Origin: an uncultured delta proteobacterium
Lineage (GTDB): Bacteria > Myxococcota_A > Polyangia > Polyangiales > Polyangiaceae
Length of the DNA stretch: 64,000 nt
Direction: 5' to 3'
Assembly: GCA_963763745.1 (NCBI GenBank)
Contig: CAVXQJ010000016.1
Span: 193,029-257,028 of the forward strand
Each line of letters begins with the position of its first letter. Within the stretch, counting starts at the first letter, position 1. This document shows, in pieces, positions 31,339-41,915 of this stretch. A program made the position numbers and the translations under genes. Below the pieces are notes generated by a model. The model did no database searches, was not told where the DNA came from, and saw nothing but the letters and a program-made list of their open reading frames with translations.

Positions 31339-32838
31339 ATGCGTACGCTCGTATTCTTCTTCTTGGCATGTGGCGCCGCATCTGCTGCTTGCGTCGGTGA
31401 TGGCGGGCAAACGACGACCGATGGAGGGCTCGACGCGGCCTCCGATGTCTCACTGAACGACGTTGTCGCGATCGACGCCTCCGAAGCGTGCGCGACGACG
31501 TGCGGGGGTCAGTGCGTCGACACGACGAGCGATCCGCAGAACTGTGGCGGATGCGGTGTCACATGCAAGAAGGCGTCGACGAGCTTTGCGTGTGTGCAAA
31601 GCAAATGCGGAAACGTCGTCACGAGCGTCGAGACGAGCCAGAACGCGTCGTGCGCGCTTCTTCTCGAAGGCACCGTGTGGTGTTGGGGTGACGAGAACGT
31701 CGGAGAGACCGGCGTCGTCGGCACCTACACGCCGGCGCCGACGAAGGTCGCCGGCTTGTCGAACGTCACGGCGATCGCCGGTGCGGCGAGCTCGTGGTGC
31801 GCGCTCGAAGGCGACGGGAGCGTGTGGTGCTGGGGATCGAACAGCGTCGGCCAGCTCGCACAAACCATCGGCGCCGACCCCGATTGCAACGGCGTGTGCG
31901 ACCCGACGCCGAGGCAGGTGACGCTCTCGAGCAAAGCAACGCAAGTCGTCGGTGGCACGGACACGTTCTGCGCCGTCGTCGCGGGCAACGTCTACTGCTG
32001 GGGGGCGGCGTCGACGGGCATCCTCGGAACGACGAGCGCCACGCCGAGCGCCACGCCCGTGAAGATCCCCGTGTTCACCGGCGATGTGCTCGCTCTTGGC
32101 TTTTCATTCAGCGATGGCGGTTTCCCGGGCGTGCACGAACATGCCTGCGCGCTGCGATCGGACACGTCGATTTGGTGTTGGGGCGAGAACAACGGCGGTC
32201 AACTCGGGCACCCGCAACAAGCCGGAACGCCCGCCGACACCGGTTGCTACACCAACGCGTGGTGCAACCCGACGCCGCAACCCGTCCAAGACGGTGCGTC
32301 GAAGACGATCACGGGGTTCAAGGTCGTGCTCGCGGGCAACCAATTCTCCGCCGCGATCAAGAGCGACGGCACGTTGTGGACGTGGGGCAGCAACGGCGAA
32401 GGCACGCTCGGCAACGGAACGCACGACACCAACGTGTTCGGCTCGCACAGCGTGCCCGCGCAGATCCTCACGAACGCCGCGTATGCGTCCGTCAGCGAGC
32501 TCGACGGGTTCGTCGTCGACAACGGCGGCACGACGAGCGTGTGGGGCGCGAACTTGAACGGCTCGCTCGGTCTCGGCACGCTCACGGTCGGCACGACGTG
32601 TACGAACTTCGATTGCAAACAAGCACCGGCGACGAACGCCTCGCTCGCCGGCGCCAAGCACGTCTCCCTCCGTTACGAGAGCGGCCTCGCGCTCATGCCG
32701 AACGGCGACGTGCTCGGTTGGGGCATCAACGACTACGCGCAGCTTGGCCACGCACCCAATACGAACGGCGACGTCACGTGCGGAGCATCGAGCCACTGCC
32801 TGCTCGCGCCGACGGCGCTCGCGTCGACGCCGTGGTGA
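31339..32838 (+). CDS. RCC1-repeat (beta-propeller) lipoprotein with a Cys-rich N-terminal module
   Basis: MRTLVFFFLACGAASA (lipobox), a Cys-rich CGGQCVDTTSDPQNCGGCGVTC module, then repeated WCWG…GQLG RCC1 blades. Confidence 0.85.
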   Translation: MRTLVFFFLACGAASAACVGDGGQTTTDGGLDAASDVSLNDVVAIDASEACATTCGGQCVDTTSDPQNCGGCGVTCKKASTSFACVQSKCGNVVTSVETSQNASCALLLEGTVWCWGDENVGETGVVGTYTPAPTKVAGLSNVTAIAGAASSWCALEGDGSVWCWGSNSVGQLAQTIGADPDCNGVCDPTPRQVTLSSKATQVVGGTDTFCAVVAGNVYCWGAASTGILGTTSATPSATPVKIPVFTGDVLALGFSFSDGGFPGVHEHACALRSDTSIWCWGENNGGQLGHPQQAGTPADTGCYTNAWCNPTPQPVQDGASKTITGFKVVLAGNQFSAAIKSDGTLWTWGSNGEGTLGNGTHDTNVFGSHSVPAQILTNAAYASVSELDGFVVDNGGTTSVWGANLNGSLGLGTLTVGTTCTNFDCKQAPATNASLAGAKHVSLRYESGLALMPNGDVLGWGINDYAQLGHAPNTNGDVTCGASSHCLLAPTALASTPW

Positions 32839-33639
32839 TCACGCCGCGGCTTTGAGCTCCGAGCTGCGAATCTCCGTGTAGACGGGCGGCGCATCGAGGT
32901 CGAGGCGCGCGCGAACTTCTTCGACCGGCAGCGCGAGCATCGATTCCCAATCTTGCTCGGGGAGCCACTGCGCTTTGCGACCGCGACGGAAGCCGTCGAC
33001 GATCGTCTTTCGCGCGGCCGCACCGCCGAGCTCCGCGGTGATCGTCTTGCTGAGACCGATGGCGATGATCAAACCGATTGCGGGGTTCTACGTTTGCGCG
33101 AACGTGAACGCGAGCAGCGCCGTCTCGCCGAGCACGTCGCCGGAATATCCGACGGCCGCGTGCCAGAGATCGTGCGTGTCGCGCATGCGCGCGTGGACCC
33201 AATCGAGCGGGGCGGGGAGGAGCTCCGCTTCCTGGCGGAATCCTTTTTTCTGCGCGTCGCGAATGCCTTCAGCGGAGATGTTCTCGCGCTCGACGAACGC
33301 GAGATACGCGCGGCCGAGCGATCCCTCGGGCAAGCGCGCGAGCGCTTTGCGATCGGCGAGCACGGAGACGATGTCGGCGCGGGCAGCCAGCATCTTTTTT
33401 CCGGATGCGCTCTTTTGAAGCCGTTCACCGATGCGCTCGAGCGTGTTGCCGCTCAGCGATTCGATGATGGTGAAGACCTGCGGCAAATCGTCGGGGTCGG
33501 CGGCAAGGATACGTGCGGCGCGAAGGGCCCGTTTGGGCTCGAATTGAATCGTGCGAACAGCACGATTCGATGACTCTTGCTGGGAAGCGCGGCGCCCGCC
33601 GCGCGTTCCCATTTGTACGTGGCTCATGCCCAAGAACAA
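32839..33639 (-). pseudogene. Coq4-family protein (HDxxH-x11-E zinc motif) interrupted by an in-frame TAG at 33088-33090
   Basis: ORFs 33088..33639 (…RMRDTHDLWHAAVGYSGDVLGET…) and 32839..33072 are in the same frame and contiguous except for one TAG (…FAQT*NPAIGLIIAIG…). Confidence 0.75.
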
Positions 33640-33702
33640 TGGACGCTACCTACAGGATTGTCAATAGCTGCTGACAGGTTTGTTCGTAGGCGGCGATGTG
33701 CG

Positions 33703-34341
33703 ATGCTGGCGTCCATGGCCGCGCGTGGGAAAACGAAGCCGCGCCGGCGGCTCGACGCCGAAACGGCGCGGAAGTTGATTTTGGACGCCACGGAAGCGCG
33801 CCTCGTTCGCGTCGGGCCCGCCGGCATTCGGCTGCAAGAGGTCGCGGCGGACGCGGGCGTGTCGCACCCGACCGTGCTGCATCATTTCGGGAGCCGCGAG
33901 CTCCTCGTGAAGGCAGCGTGCTCGCGCGCGTTTCAGGAGATCAACGCGACGCTCGTCGAGTCGATCATGTCGTCGGCGGGCGACGAAGTGCGCCTCGAGG
34001 CGATGCTCGAGAACGTCGCCACGGCGCTCGCGAAAGCGGGGCACGCGCGCGTCGTCATGTGGCTCGCGCTCGAAGGGTTTCGAATCGACGACGCAGAGAA
34101 CGGTCTCTCGAACGTCGTCGACGCGACGCACGCGCTCCGCCTCGCGCGTCACACGCGCGGAAAAAAACCAACGCGCGAAGACACGGCCCACACGGTCGTC
34201 CTCGCGACGCTCGCGCTCGTCGGCGGCGCGGTCCTCGGCACGACGCTGCTCGACAACGCGGGCCTCCCCTCGAGCGACCGCGCGATGAGCGAGTTCCGCA
34301 AATGGCTGTTTCGGGTGCTCATCGAGCACCTCGATGGGTGA
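33703..34341 (+). CDS. TetR-family transcriptional regulator
   Basis: N-terminal HTH (ARKLILDATEARLVRVGPAGIRLQEVAADAGVSHPTVLHHFGSRELL). Confidence 0.8.
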   Translation: MLASMAARGKTKPRRRLDAETARKLILDATEARLVRVGPAGIRLQEVAADAGVSHPTVLHHFGSRELLVKAACSRAFQEINATLVESIMSSAGDEVRLEAMLENVATALAKAGHARVVMWLALEGFRIDDAENGLSNVVDATHALRLARHTRGKKPTREDTAHTVVLATLALVGGAVLGTTLLDNAGLPSSDRAMSEFRKWLFRVLIEHLDG

Positions 34342-34347
34342 GGAGAA

Positions 34348-34445
34348 GGCTGCGGGCTGCGGGCTGCGGGCTACGGGCTTCGGGAAGAATGAAATCTCGA
34401 TCCTTCTTGCTCTTCCCGCGGCCCGCAGCCCGTAGCCCGCAGCCC
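34348..34445. repeat. Gene-less copy of the inverted-heptamer cassette (98-bp hairpin) between two convergent stop codons
   Basis: (GGGCTGC)3GGGCTACGGGCTTCGGG, then AAGAATGAAATCTCGATCCTTC, then the inverted arm CCCGCAGCCCGTAGCCCGCAGCCC. The loop keeps the GGGAAGAATGA…TCGCGATC start region seen at 7380-7400. Confidence 0.6.
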
Positions 34446-35839
34446 TATCTCAATTTGTCTATCGCCTCCTGCACCGTGCGCTCGAAGCCCGGTTTCTTCT
34501 GGGCGTCGGGCAGTGAGCGGTAGAGCGCGAGCTGCGCTTCGAGGGCGGCGCGGGCTTCGGGGCGCTTGCCCATCGCCATCAAGATGTCCGCTTTGAGGCG
34601 GTACATGAGGCCTTTGCGCGCGCCGTAGCCTTTGGCTATCGCGCGATCGATCGCGGCGAGCGCCTCTGCGTTTTTTCCGAGCTTGAAGTACACGTGCGCG
34701 AGGCGGTGCGCGGGGTTGTAGTCGTTCGGTAGCGCCTTCTCTTGCGCCTCGAGGAACTGCGCGGCCTCCGCGCCACGACCGAGGAACTCGAGCGTCTCCA
34801 TGCGCGCGCCGTCGAACGTCGTCGCGATCTCCGGGTCGGGACGCGCGGCGACGGCCTTCATGATGACGGCGAGTCGCGAGCGCGCGGCGTCTTGCGCGCC
34901 CTTGTGATCGCCGAGCATCTCGAGCGCTTCCCACACGACGTGAAATCCGTCGGCGCGATCGTCGGGCGAGAGGAGCGCGTTCGTGTCGCTGCACGCTTGC
35001 GCGACGCGCGGCGCGATCGCCGAGCGAATCTTCTTCACGCGCGCGGCGTCGTGGCTCTGCTCGGTGCAGTCGAGCGCGATCGAAGAAAAATCGATCATCA
35101 CGGACGACTCGCCGAGCGTGCCGAGATATTTCTCCGCCGTGTCGAGGCAGCGCGCGTCGTGCTTTTGCGCGCTGATCAATCCGAGCGCGGCTTCCGGCAA
35201 GTGATCCCAATTCGCGGGCGCCGCGGCGAGCGCGCGTGCGAATTGTTTCTCCGCTTCGGCGTAGTCGCTCTTCAGCACCGCGCGGTGACCCGCGAGGAGC
35301 AGCGCGCGCGGATTGTTCGCATCGAGCGAGCCCGCGTGTGCCTGCTCGATGGAGCGCGTCGCGTCCGTCAGGAACGCGCGCATCTGTTGAACGCTGCCCG
35401 CGCCTTCCCATCTTCCGTGAACGGATCCATCGCTCGGATCGACGACGAAGAACGTGGGCAGCACGTGCGTCGGAAACGCGGCGGACGCGGCGGCGTTCTG
35501 CTCTTTCTCGATGTCGAACGAGAAACGCACGAACGACTGCGGGAGCGACGCGTCCTCGAGCACGAACGTCCGCATCGCCTTGCACGTGTGACACCACACC
35601 GCCGACGCATCGACGAAGAGCGGCGCGTTCGCTTTCTTCGCGGTCGCGACGGCGCGCGCGTAGTCGTCCTCAATCCAATCGCGCGGAATCGGGATGGGCG
35701 CAGAGGCGGACGCAGACGCCGACGGAGTCAGAGACGGAGTCGGGGACGGGGACTGGGACGGAGTCGGAGTCGGGGACGGAGTCGGCGTTTGCGTGCCGCC
35801 GCACGCGACGAGAAAGAGAAAGACGAGCCGGCGCGACAT
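34445..35839 (-). CDS. Thioredoxin-like (WCxxC) TPR-repeat lipoprotein
   Basis: MSRRLVFLFLVACGG (lipobox), a Pro/Thr/Ser linker, a WCHTCK thioredoxin-fold motif and C-terminal TPR-like repeats. Confidence 0.8.
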   Translation of the reverse strand: MSRRLVFLFLVACGGTQTPTPSPTPTPSQSPSPTPSLTPSASASASAPIPIPRDWIEDDYARAVATAKKANAPLFVDASAVWCHTCKAMRTFVLEDASLPQSFVRFSFDIEKEQNAAASAAFPTHVLPTFFVVDPSDGSVHGRWEGAGSVQQMRAFLTDATRSIEQAHAGSLDANNPRALLLAGHRAVLKSDYAEAEKQFARALAAAPANWDHLPEAALGLISAQKHDARCLDTAEKYLGTLGESSVMIDFSSIALDCTEQSHDAARVKKIRSAIAPRVAQACSDTNALLSPDDRADGFHVVWEALEMLGDHKGAQDAARSRLAVIMKAVAARPDPEIATTFDGARMETLEFLGRGAEAAQFLEAQEKALPNDYNPAHRLAHVYFKLGKNAEALAAIDRAIAKGYGARKGLMYRLKADILMAMGKRPEARAALEAQLALYRSLPDAQKKPGFERTVQEAIDKLR

Positions 35840-36025
35840 CGCGCCATCTTGTGCTAACGTTTCATCGATGTCGACGTTCGCCTACGCCCGCTATCAGTAT
35901 TCGTATTACGCATTGCGGGCGTAGCTGGAGTCGCACATCTGATCGACGAGGCCGCCCGGGAGGTGGCCTCGTTTCGTTTTGTGCGCGGCGCATCTCCAGA
36001 GCGGTTCTCGAAAAGGAGAACCGAG

Positions 36026-36694
36026 ATGCACACGAAAGAAGAAAACGCGCTCTGGGCGATGCTTCGCGCCGAGCTCGAGCCGCTTCACGCGCGAAGCGCG
36101 TGCCGTGCGATACGCGACACGCACGTCGCGCTCCCACGCGATCGCATTCCATCGCTCGAAGAGGTCACGGCGCTCGTCCGGCCGCACACGGGATTCGTCT
36201 TGCGTCCCGTCGACGGGCTCGTTCCGTCGCGCGAGTTCCTCGGCGCGCTCGCGCATGGAGTCTTCTCGAGCACGACGACAATTCGCGACGCGCGCACGCC
36301 GCACTACACGCCCGAGCCCGACGTCGTGCACGAGTTCATCGGACACGCCGCGTCGCTCGCGCATCCGGAGATCGCGGAGCTCAATCGCATGATCGGGCGC
36401 GCTGCGCAGGGTTGCGACGACGATGCGCTCGTCGCGCTCGAACGTTTCTACTGGTTCACGCTCGAGTTCGGATTGATCGAAGAAGACGGCGAGCCCAAGG
36501 CGCTCGGCGCGGGGCTGCTGTCGTCGGTCGCGGAGATGAAGCGCTTCGCGCACGTCACGCTGCGCCCATTTCATCGGGACGAAATCACGGCGACGCCTTT
36601 CTCGACGACCGCCATGCAAGACGTGCTCTTCGTCGCGCCATCGCTCGACGCGATCATTTCGTCGTTCGGGCGTGTTAAAGAGATCGCAGCATGA
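36026..36694 (+). CDS. phhA: Phenylalanine 4-monooxygenase (aromatic amino acid hydroxylase)
   Basis: [19 protein letters not shown]…[27 protein letters not shown] matches the pterin-dependent hydroxylase catalytic core. RBS aaaggaga lies upstream. Confidence 0.85.
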   Translation: MHTKEENALWAMLRAELEPLHARSACRAIRDTHVALPRDRIPSLEEVTALVRPHTGFVLRPVDGLVPSREFLGALAHGVFSSTTTIRDARTPHYTPEPDVVHEFIGHAASLAHPEIAELNRMIGRAAQGCDDDALVALERFYWFTLEFGLIEEDGEPKALGAGLLSSVAEMKRFAHVTLRPFHRDEITATPFSTTAMQDVLFVAPSLDAIISSFGRVKEIAA

Positions 36695-38373
36695 CGGAGA
36701 CCATCCCGGCAATTTCGTCGAAGACATCGTCAAAGACGATCTCGCGAGCGGCAAACATGGCGGTCGCGTGATGACGCGATTCCCGCCCGAGCCGAACGGC
36801 TATCTCCACATCGGCCACGCGAAATCGATTTGCTTGAACTTCGGTCTCGCGGCGCTCTCGCCCACGGGAAATGCAATTTGCGCTTCGATGACACGAATCC
36901 CGTCGCCGAAGACGTCGAGTACGTCGAGTCGATCAAGAACGACGTGCGCTGGCTCGGGTTCGATTGGGAAGATCGCGAGTACTACGCGTCGGATTATTTC
37001 CCGAAGCTCTACGAGCTCGCCGAGGCGATCGATCAAAAAGGTTTGGCCTACGTCGACAGCCAAACCGAAGAGCAGATTCGCGATGGCCGCGGCAGCTTCC
37101 ACGAGCCCGGGCGCGATTCGCCGTTTCGCAATCGCCCCATCTCCGAGAATCTCGATTTGCTTCGTCGCATGAAGAGCGGCGAGTTCAAGGATGGCGAGCA
37201 CGTCCTCCGCGCGAAGATCGACATGGAGTCGACCGACGTGAAAATGCGCGATCCTCTCATGTATCGCATTCGCCACGCGCACCATCACCGCACGGGCGAC
37301 ACGTGGTGCATCTATCCGATGTACGATTTTGCGCACGGCTTTCGGACGCCATCGAAGGCGTGACGCACTCGGTGTGCACGCTCGAGTTCGTCAACCATCG
37401 GCCGCTCTATCACTGGTTCATCGACGCCGCGGCGACGGAGAATCACCCGCAGCAGATCGAGTTCGCCAAGCTAATCATCACGTACATGCTCTTCTCGAAG
37501 CGAAAGCTAAGCCAGCTCGTGGAGGAGAAGCACGTGAGCGGCTGGGACGATCCACGCATGCCGACGCTCGCGGGGTTGAGGCGTCGCGGCGTCACACCGA
37601 GCGCGCTCCGCGAATTTTGCGATCGCGTCGGCGTGTCCACGCGCGACAGCGTCGTCGACATCGTCGCTCCTCGAGCATACGCTGCGCGAAGATCTCAACG
37701 CGACGTCGCCGCGCGTGATGGCGGTTTTGCGCCCATTCGAAATCGAAATCGAGAATTGGCCCGAAGGCAAAGTCGAATGGATCGAAGCGCCATACGACCC
37801 GGAAAAACCCGACGGGCCGAAGCGCAAGGTGCCTTTCTCGCGACGCGTTTTCATCGAGCGCGAAGACTTCATGGAGGATCCGCCGAAGAAATTCTCCGTC
37901 TCTCCCCCGGCGCGGAAGTTCGTTTGCGTTGGGCGACGATCATCAAGTGCAAAGAGGTCGTCAGGAACGGGCGCGGCGAAATCGATAAGGCTCGTTTGCA
38001 CCTATGACCCCGAACGCGACGGGCGGTCAACCGAAGGACGGCCGCAAGATCAAAGGCACGATCCACTGGGTCTCGGCGGATCACGCGAAAGACGCGGAAG
38101 TGCGTTTGTACGATCGCCTCTTCAAAGACGAAAACCCCACGCACACGGAGAACTTCCTCGACTCGCTCAATCCGAATTCGCTCGAGACGCGGGAGCATTG
38201 CAAAGTAGAGCCGAGCCTCGAGATCGGCCCAAGCGCTCGAGCGATTCCAATTCGAGCGACTCGGCTACTTCTGCGTCGACCCCGACTCGACGCCCGCGAA
38301 GCTCGTTTTCAACCGGACGATCACGTTGAAGGACACGTGGGGCGTGCTGGTTCAAAAAGGGAAGGCGGACTGA
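36691..38373 (+). pseudogene. glnS: Glutamine--tRNA ligase with at least 8 single-nt frameshifts
   Basis: GlnRS-homologous segments alternate between frames: MTETIP | NFVEDIV…[13 protein letters not shown] | [13 protein letters not shown]…YPMYDFAHG | [17 protein letters not shown]… | …EDLNATSPRVMAVLRPFEIE… | …EVRLRWATIIKCKE… | …CTYDPE… | …[18 protein letters not shown]… | …[12 protein letters not shown]…. The shifts fall at short G/C or A runs. Confidence 0.85.
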
Positions 38374-38375
38374 GC

Positions 38376-39626
38376 GTGCTCCGGGGGCTATCGTGGTTTC
38401 GCGATGACACGCCACGCGCGCGCGACGCTGCGTTCTGTCGTCGCATGCTTCCGCAGGTCTCGCGCACGTTCGCGCTCTCGATCGCGATGCTGCCGCCCAC
38501 GCTGCGCGATGCAGTCGGCGACGCGTATTTGATTTGCCGCATCGTCGACAGCATCGAAGACGACGCGCGTCTATCGCACTCCGAACGGCTCGCGCTCTTC
38601 GACGCGTTCGATTCGGTGATCGCCGACGACGCGCTCGACGAACGCGTGCTCGAGCGCGCTGCGCGCAAAGCGGCGGTGGGCGAAACGGCCGCCGAGAGCG
38701 AGCTCTGCGCGCGATCGGGTGCGGTGATGCGAGCGTTTCGCGCGCTCGATCGATCGCAACGCGAAGCGATTCGTCCGCACGTCCTCGAGATGTCGCGCGG
38801 CATGCGCGAGTACGCGGCGCGCGCCGCGCGCGACGGACGATTGCGCATCGCGGACGTCGCCGATCTCGAGCGGTATTGTTACTTCGTCGCCGGCACCGTC
38901 GGCGAGCTGCTCACGGATTTGTTCGCGCTCGAGGTCCCCGGGATCGACGCGCGGACGCTCGCGGAGCTGCGCCGGCTCGCGGTTCCTTTCGGCATCGGCC
39001 TCCAGCTCGTGAACATCGTGAAAGACGTCGCGGGCGATCTCGAGCGCGGCGTGTGCTTCTTGCCCGCGAGCCTCGCCGCGCGCGAAGGCGTCGCGCTCGA
39101 GGAACTGCTCGAGCCCGCGCGTCGTGCCAAGGCGATGCGCGTCGTCGAGTCGGTGTGCGATCTCGCAGAAGAAAAGCTACGCGACGCGCAGACGTACACG
39201 CTCGCATGGCCCCGAGAGCGCGCGCACGCCATTCGTCTTTTTTGCTCCGTGCCGCTCGTTCTCGCGCTCGCATCGCTTCGCGTGGTGCGCGACGGCACGC
39301 GCGCGCTCGTCCGCGACACGACGCCCAAGGTCGGTCGCGTCGAGCTGTTCACCATCGTGCGCGACGTGCTCGCGTCCATCGACGACGATCGCGCTCTTGC
39401 CGGTCTCTTTGCTCGTCACGCGAGCTACCGAGCCGCACCACGATACCGGCAACGCGGACTGCGGAGCCTTCTCCTGCGGCGGTTCCTCGCGCGCGGCGGC
39501 ATTCCGGCTGCGCGCGTTCAGACGCGGATCTGGCTCGCGTGGGATCGCGTGCGCGAACGCGCGCGCGAGGCGCGTCGGATCATCGACGCGCTGAATCTCA
39601 ATAGCTCACGGAGTAGGGGATGGTGA
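38376..39626 (+). CDS. Squalene/phytoene synthase family protein (HpnC/HpnD/CrtB-like)
   Basis: …[35 protein letters not shown]… and [14 protein letters not shown] are family motifs. Start uncertain (GTG at about 38376 or ATG at 38448). Confidence 0.8.
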   Translation: MLRGLSWFRDDTPRARDAAFCRRMLPQVSRTFALSIAMLPPTLRDAVGDAYLICRIVDSIEDDARLSHSERLALFDAFDSVIADDALDERVLERAARKAAVGETAAESELCARSGAVMRAFRALDRSQREAIRPHVLEMSRGMREYAARAARDGRLRIADVADLERYCYFVAGTVGELLTDLFALEVPGIDARTLAELRRLAVPFGIGLQLVNIVKDVAGDLERGVCFLPASLAAREGVALEELLEPARRAKAMRVVESVCDLAEEKLRDAQTYTLAWPRERAHAIRLFCSVPLVLALASLRVVRDGTRALVRDTTPKVGRVELFTIVRDVLASIDDDRALAGLFARHASYRAAPRYRQRGLRSLLLRRFLARGGIPAARVQTRIWLAWDRVRERAREARRIIDALNLNSSRSRGW

Positions 39627-40170
39627 CTTTGGCGCCGTCTCGCATCGGCAGATCGAACTTCGCGCGCACCTGAATGCTGCCCGCGCCTCCAGTGCACGCG
39701 AGCGAGAGCTGAGCTTGCACGGCTCCCGGAATGCTTCCATCCGGCTTGATTCGAATCACGGCCACCTTGGGTTGATAGCTGACCGACACGAGCTGTCCGC
39801 CCCAGACCATCGGTTGCGGGCTGGACGCAGACTGCGAGGAGAACGTCGCTTGCGTCGGATGGTTCGCCGGCAGCGTGACCGTGATCTCCACGACGAGACC
39901 AGCGGCATCGCGCTTGATGGCGGCGAGCGTCGTTGCCGCCGTGCCCAAGCTCGGACAGTACGAAGGCGGCGGCACGGGGTCGTGGCCCATGAGTGGGTGG
40001 CGCGTGAGTTGCGCACGGTCTTGTTCATCCTCGACGGGTTTCGCCGATTGCGTGGCGGTCGCAGCGACGGACGCCGAGGCCGCCTGCGCTTGTGGCTCCA
40101 GCGTGATCGTGTTGACGGGCTCGTGCGAGCAACCCGCTGCGGCGACCGCGGTGGTCAGCAGCTTGCGCAT
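39598..40170 (-). CDS. Lipoprotein, hypothetical
   Basis: [18 protein letters not shown] (lipobox). It is the real tail of the artefactual 499-aa ORF. Confidence 0.6.
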   Translation of the reverse strand: MRKLLTTAVAAAGCSHEPVNTITLEPQAQAASASVAATATQSAKPVEDEQDRAQLTRHPLMGHDPVPPPSYCPSLGTAATTLAAIKRDAAGLVVEITVTLPANHPTQATFSSQSASSPQPMVWGGQLVSVSYQPKVAVIRIKPDGSIPGAVQAQLSLACTGGAGSIQVRAKFDLPMRDGAKVTIPYSVSY

Positions 40171-40214
40171 GTGAGCCATCGTTCGCGCGCGTGCGGCGCT
40201 CGCTTCGTCTCGAG

Positions 40215-41105
40215 TCATGGCGCGCTGCAGAACATGGGCGCGATCGACAAGAAGGCGGCCTGAAAGCTCCCCGTGACGATGCACTGGGAGAAGTTTCCCG
40301 CGTCGGCGTCGCATTCGGCCGCAAGGAACTTGGAGCATCCGCCGGCATTGGCCGATTGCAGGCACTGCTCGAAGAGCGCAAAGCTCGAGCCGTCGGTGAT
40401 CGGGCACTGCGCGACGCACGCAGCGCCGTCGCACTCGATCGCGCTCGCGAGCTTCTGCGCGCAGCTCGTGCTGCTCGAATCGCCGGTCACGATCGCGATG
40501 CAGCCAGCTTCGTTGATGTCGAGGATGGCGCCGTTCTCGACCGCGATGAGCGCACCCCAACTCGGCGCGCTCTCGGGCGTCACGAGACACGCGACGCACG
40601 ACGCGTTCGCGGTCGTGAACGATTGGCACTTCGTCGAGGACGACGTGCCCGAATCGAGACAGCTCGCGTAGTAGTCGGAGATCTGCTGCGAGCTGCACAC
40701 GTTCTCGACGAGCGACGGATGCATCGCCGCGGGCGCGAACGTGGAGACGTCTGCAGGCGTCGGGCACGTCGTCGTCGGAGGGCCGGAGTCGGGCAGCGGC
40801 TGGCCGCAATACGACGTCGGGTTCGGCGGTGGAATCCAGATCGAGCAACCGTGAGCGTCGGTGCTCATCTGCCAGCCCGGATCGTTCGGCGATGGCATCC
40901 CGTCGCAGACTTGGCCGCACGAGGCTTGATCGGACCAGCCGCCGAAGCTCATGCAGCACGAGGGCCCGCTCGGCAGGCAACACGCCCCGTTCGTCGTGAT
41001 GATGGATCCGTCTCCACCTCCGCCATCGATCGGTGTGTCGATCTTTCCGCCGCACGCAGCAAAGGTGACGACGAACGCGCTCAGCGAGGCGGCCCAACGC
41101 TTCAC
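40215..41105 (-). CDS. Cysteine-rich lipoprotein, hypothetical
   Basis: MKRWAASLSAFVVTFAACGG (lipobox). More than 40 Cys in 296 aa. Confidence 0.65.
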   Translation of the reverse strand: MKRWAASLSAFVVTFAACGGKIDTPIDGGGGDGSIITTNGACCLPSGPSCCMSFGGWSDQASCGQVCDGMPSPNDPGWQMSTDAHGCSIWIPPPNPTSYCGQPLPDSGPPTTTCPTPADVSTFAPAAMHPSLVENVCSSQQISDYYASCLDSGTSSSTKCQSFTTANASCVACLVTPESAPSWGALIAVENGAILDINEAGCIAIVTGDSSSTSCAQKLASAIECDGAACVAQCPITDGSSFALFEQCLQSANAGGCSKFLAAECDADAGNFSQCIVTGSFQAAFLSIAPMFCSAP

Positions 41106-41132
41106 CGCGTCAGCGTACCACGCGACTCGATC

Positions 41133-41816
41133 CTACGGCGCGCACGGCGTGACGGGCACGCACACGCGACGCACTTCACGCCCAGCGAGCGCGACCTCGC
41201 CCGTTTGCTTCGGCATGGTCGTCTTCGTGACGTGCGTCGTCGCCATCGTGAACGTCTGCATGTCGGGTCCGAACACGAACGCACTGAACTGCACGGGGCC
41301 TGGACCGATGTGAAGCGGCGTCTTTCCGGCGGGAGGCGCTCCGAACTTTCCGCAGAGCGAACCGCTGCACGTGAGCGTGCCGTCGGTGCGGTAGCCGCTC
41401 ACGGGCGTGCGCCACCGAAGGGTGTGGTTGTCGAGCGTGCCTTCTGCGGCAATCGAGCAAGCGTTGGGCGTCGCGCGCGTGTTCGTCTCGGTGATGACGG
41501 TCGTGGTCCACGCGAGCGTCTTCGCTTTGATCGTGAAGCTCTCGCGCATCGCGTATTGGAGCATCTTCACGTCGCCGCCGGGTTGCCCGCCTTGGTTCTC
41601 GAAGCGGAGAACGACCTTGCCCGGGCCGATCGGGTAGATGCCGTTGCCTTCGCCCATCGGCGTCTCGGTGAGCTTGAGGTTCGCGGAGAGGTTGTATTCG
41701 ATCTCCCACGCGCAAGGCGGTGGCGTCGTCGCCATTTCTGCGAGATGAAATGGAGCGACGAGCACGGCGACGAAGCCGAACGGAACGACGGCGGACATCA
41801 TCCGTGTGAACTGCAT
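41133..41816 (-). CDS. Secreted protein, hypothetical
   Basis: MQFTRMMSAVVPFGFVAVLVAPFHLAEMA signal peptide followed by a beta-rich domain. Confidence 0.6.
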   Translation of the reverse strand: MQFTRMMSAVVPFGFVAVLVAPFHLAEMATTPPPCAWEIEYNLSANLKLTETPMGEGNGIYPIGPGKVVLRFENQGGQPGGDVKMLQYAMRESFTIKAKTLAWTTTVITETNTRATPNACSIAAEGTLDNHTLRWRTPVSGYRTDGTLTCSGSLCGKFGAPPAGKTPLHIGPGPVQFSAFVFGPDMQTFTMATTHVTKTTMPKQTGEVALAGREVRRVCVPVTPCAP

Positions 41817-41915
41817 GTCGTCGAAGAGTGCATATCGAATGCCACGCGGCGCGCGCACGGCGTGCGTCGGCGACGGATGTGCTGCGAGCGGTGATATGCG
41901 CGTTATGCTGCCCTC

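Noticed and set aside
36672-37172. Separate small ORFs within 36.6-38.0 kb (36672.., 36830.., 36964.., 37715.., 38004..)
   Set aside because: These are not independent genes. They are the successive frame-fragments of a single frameshifted glnS (plus the start of the squalene/phytoene synthase gene).
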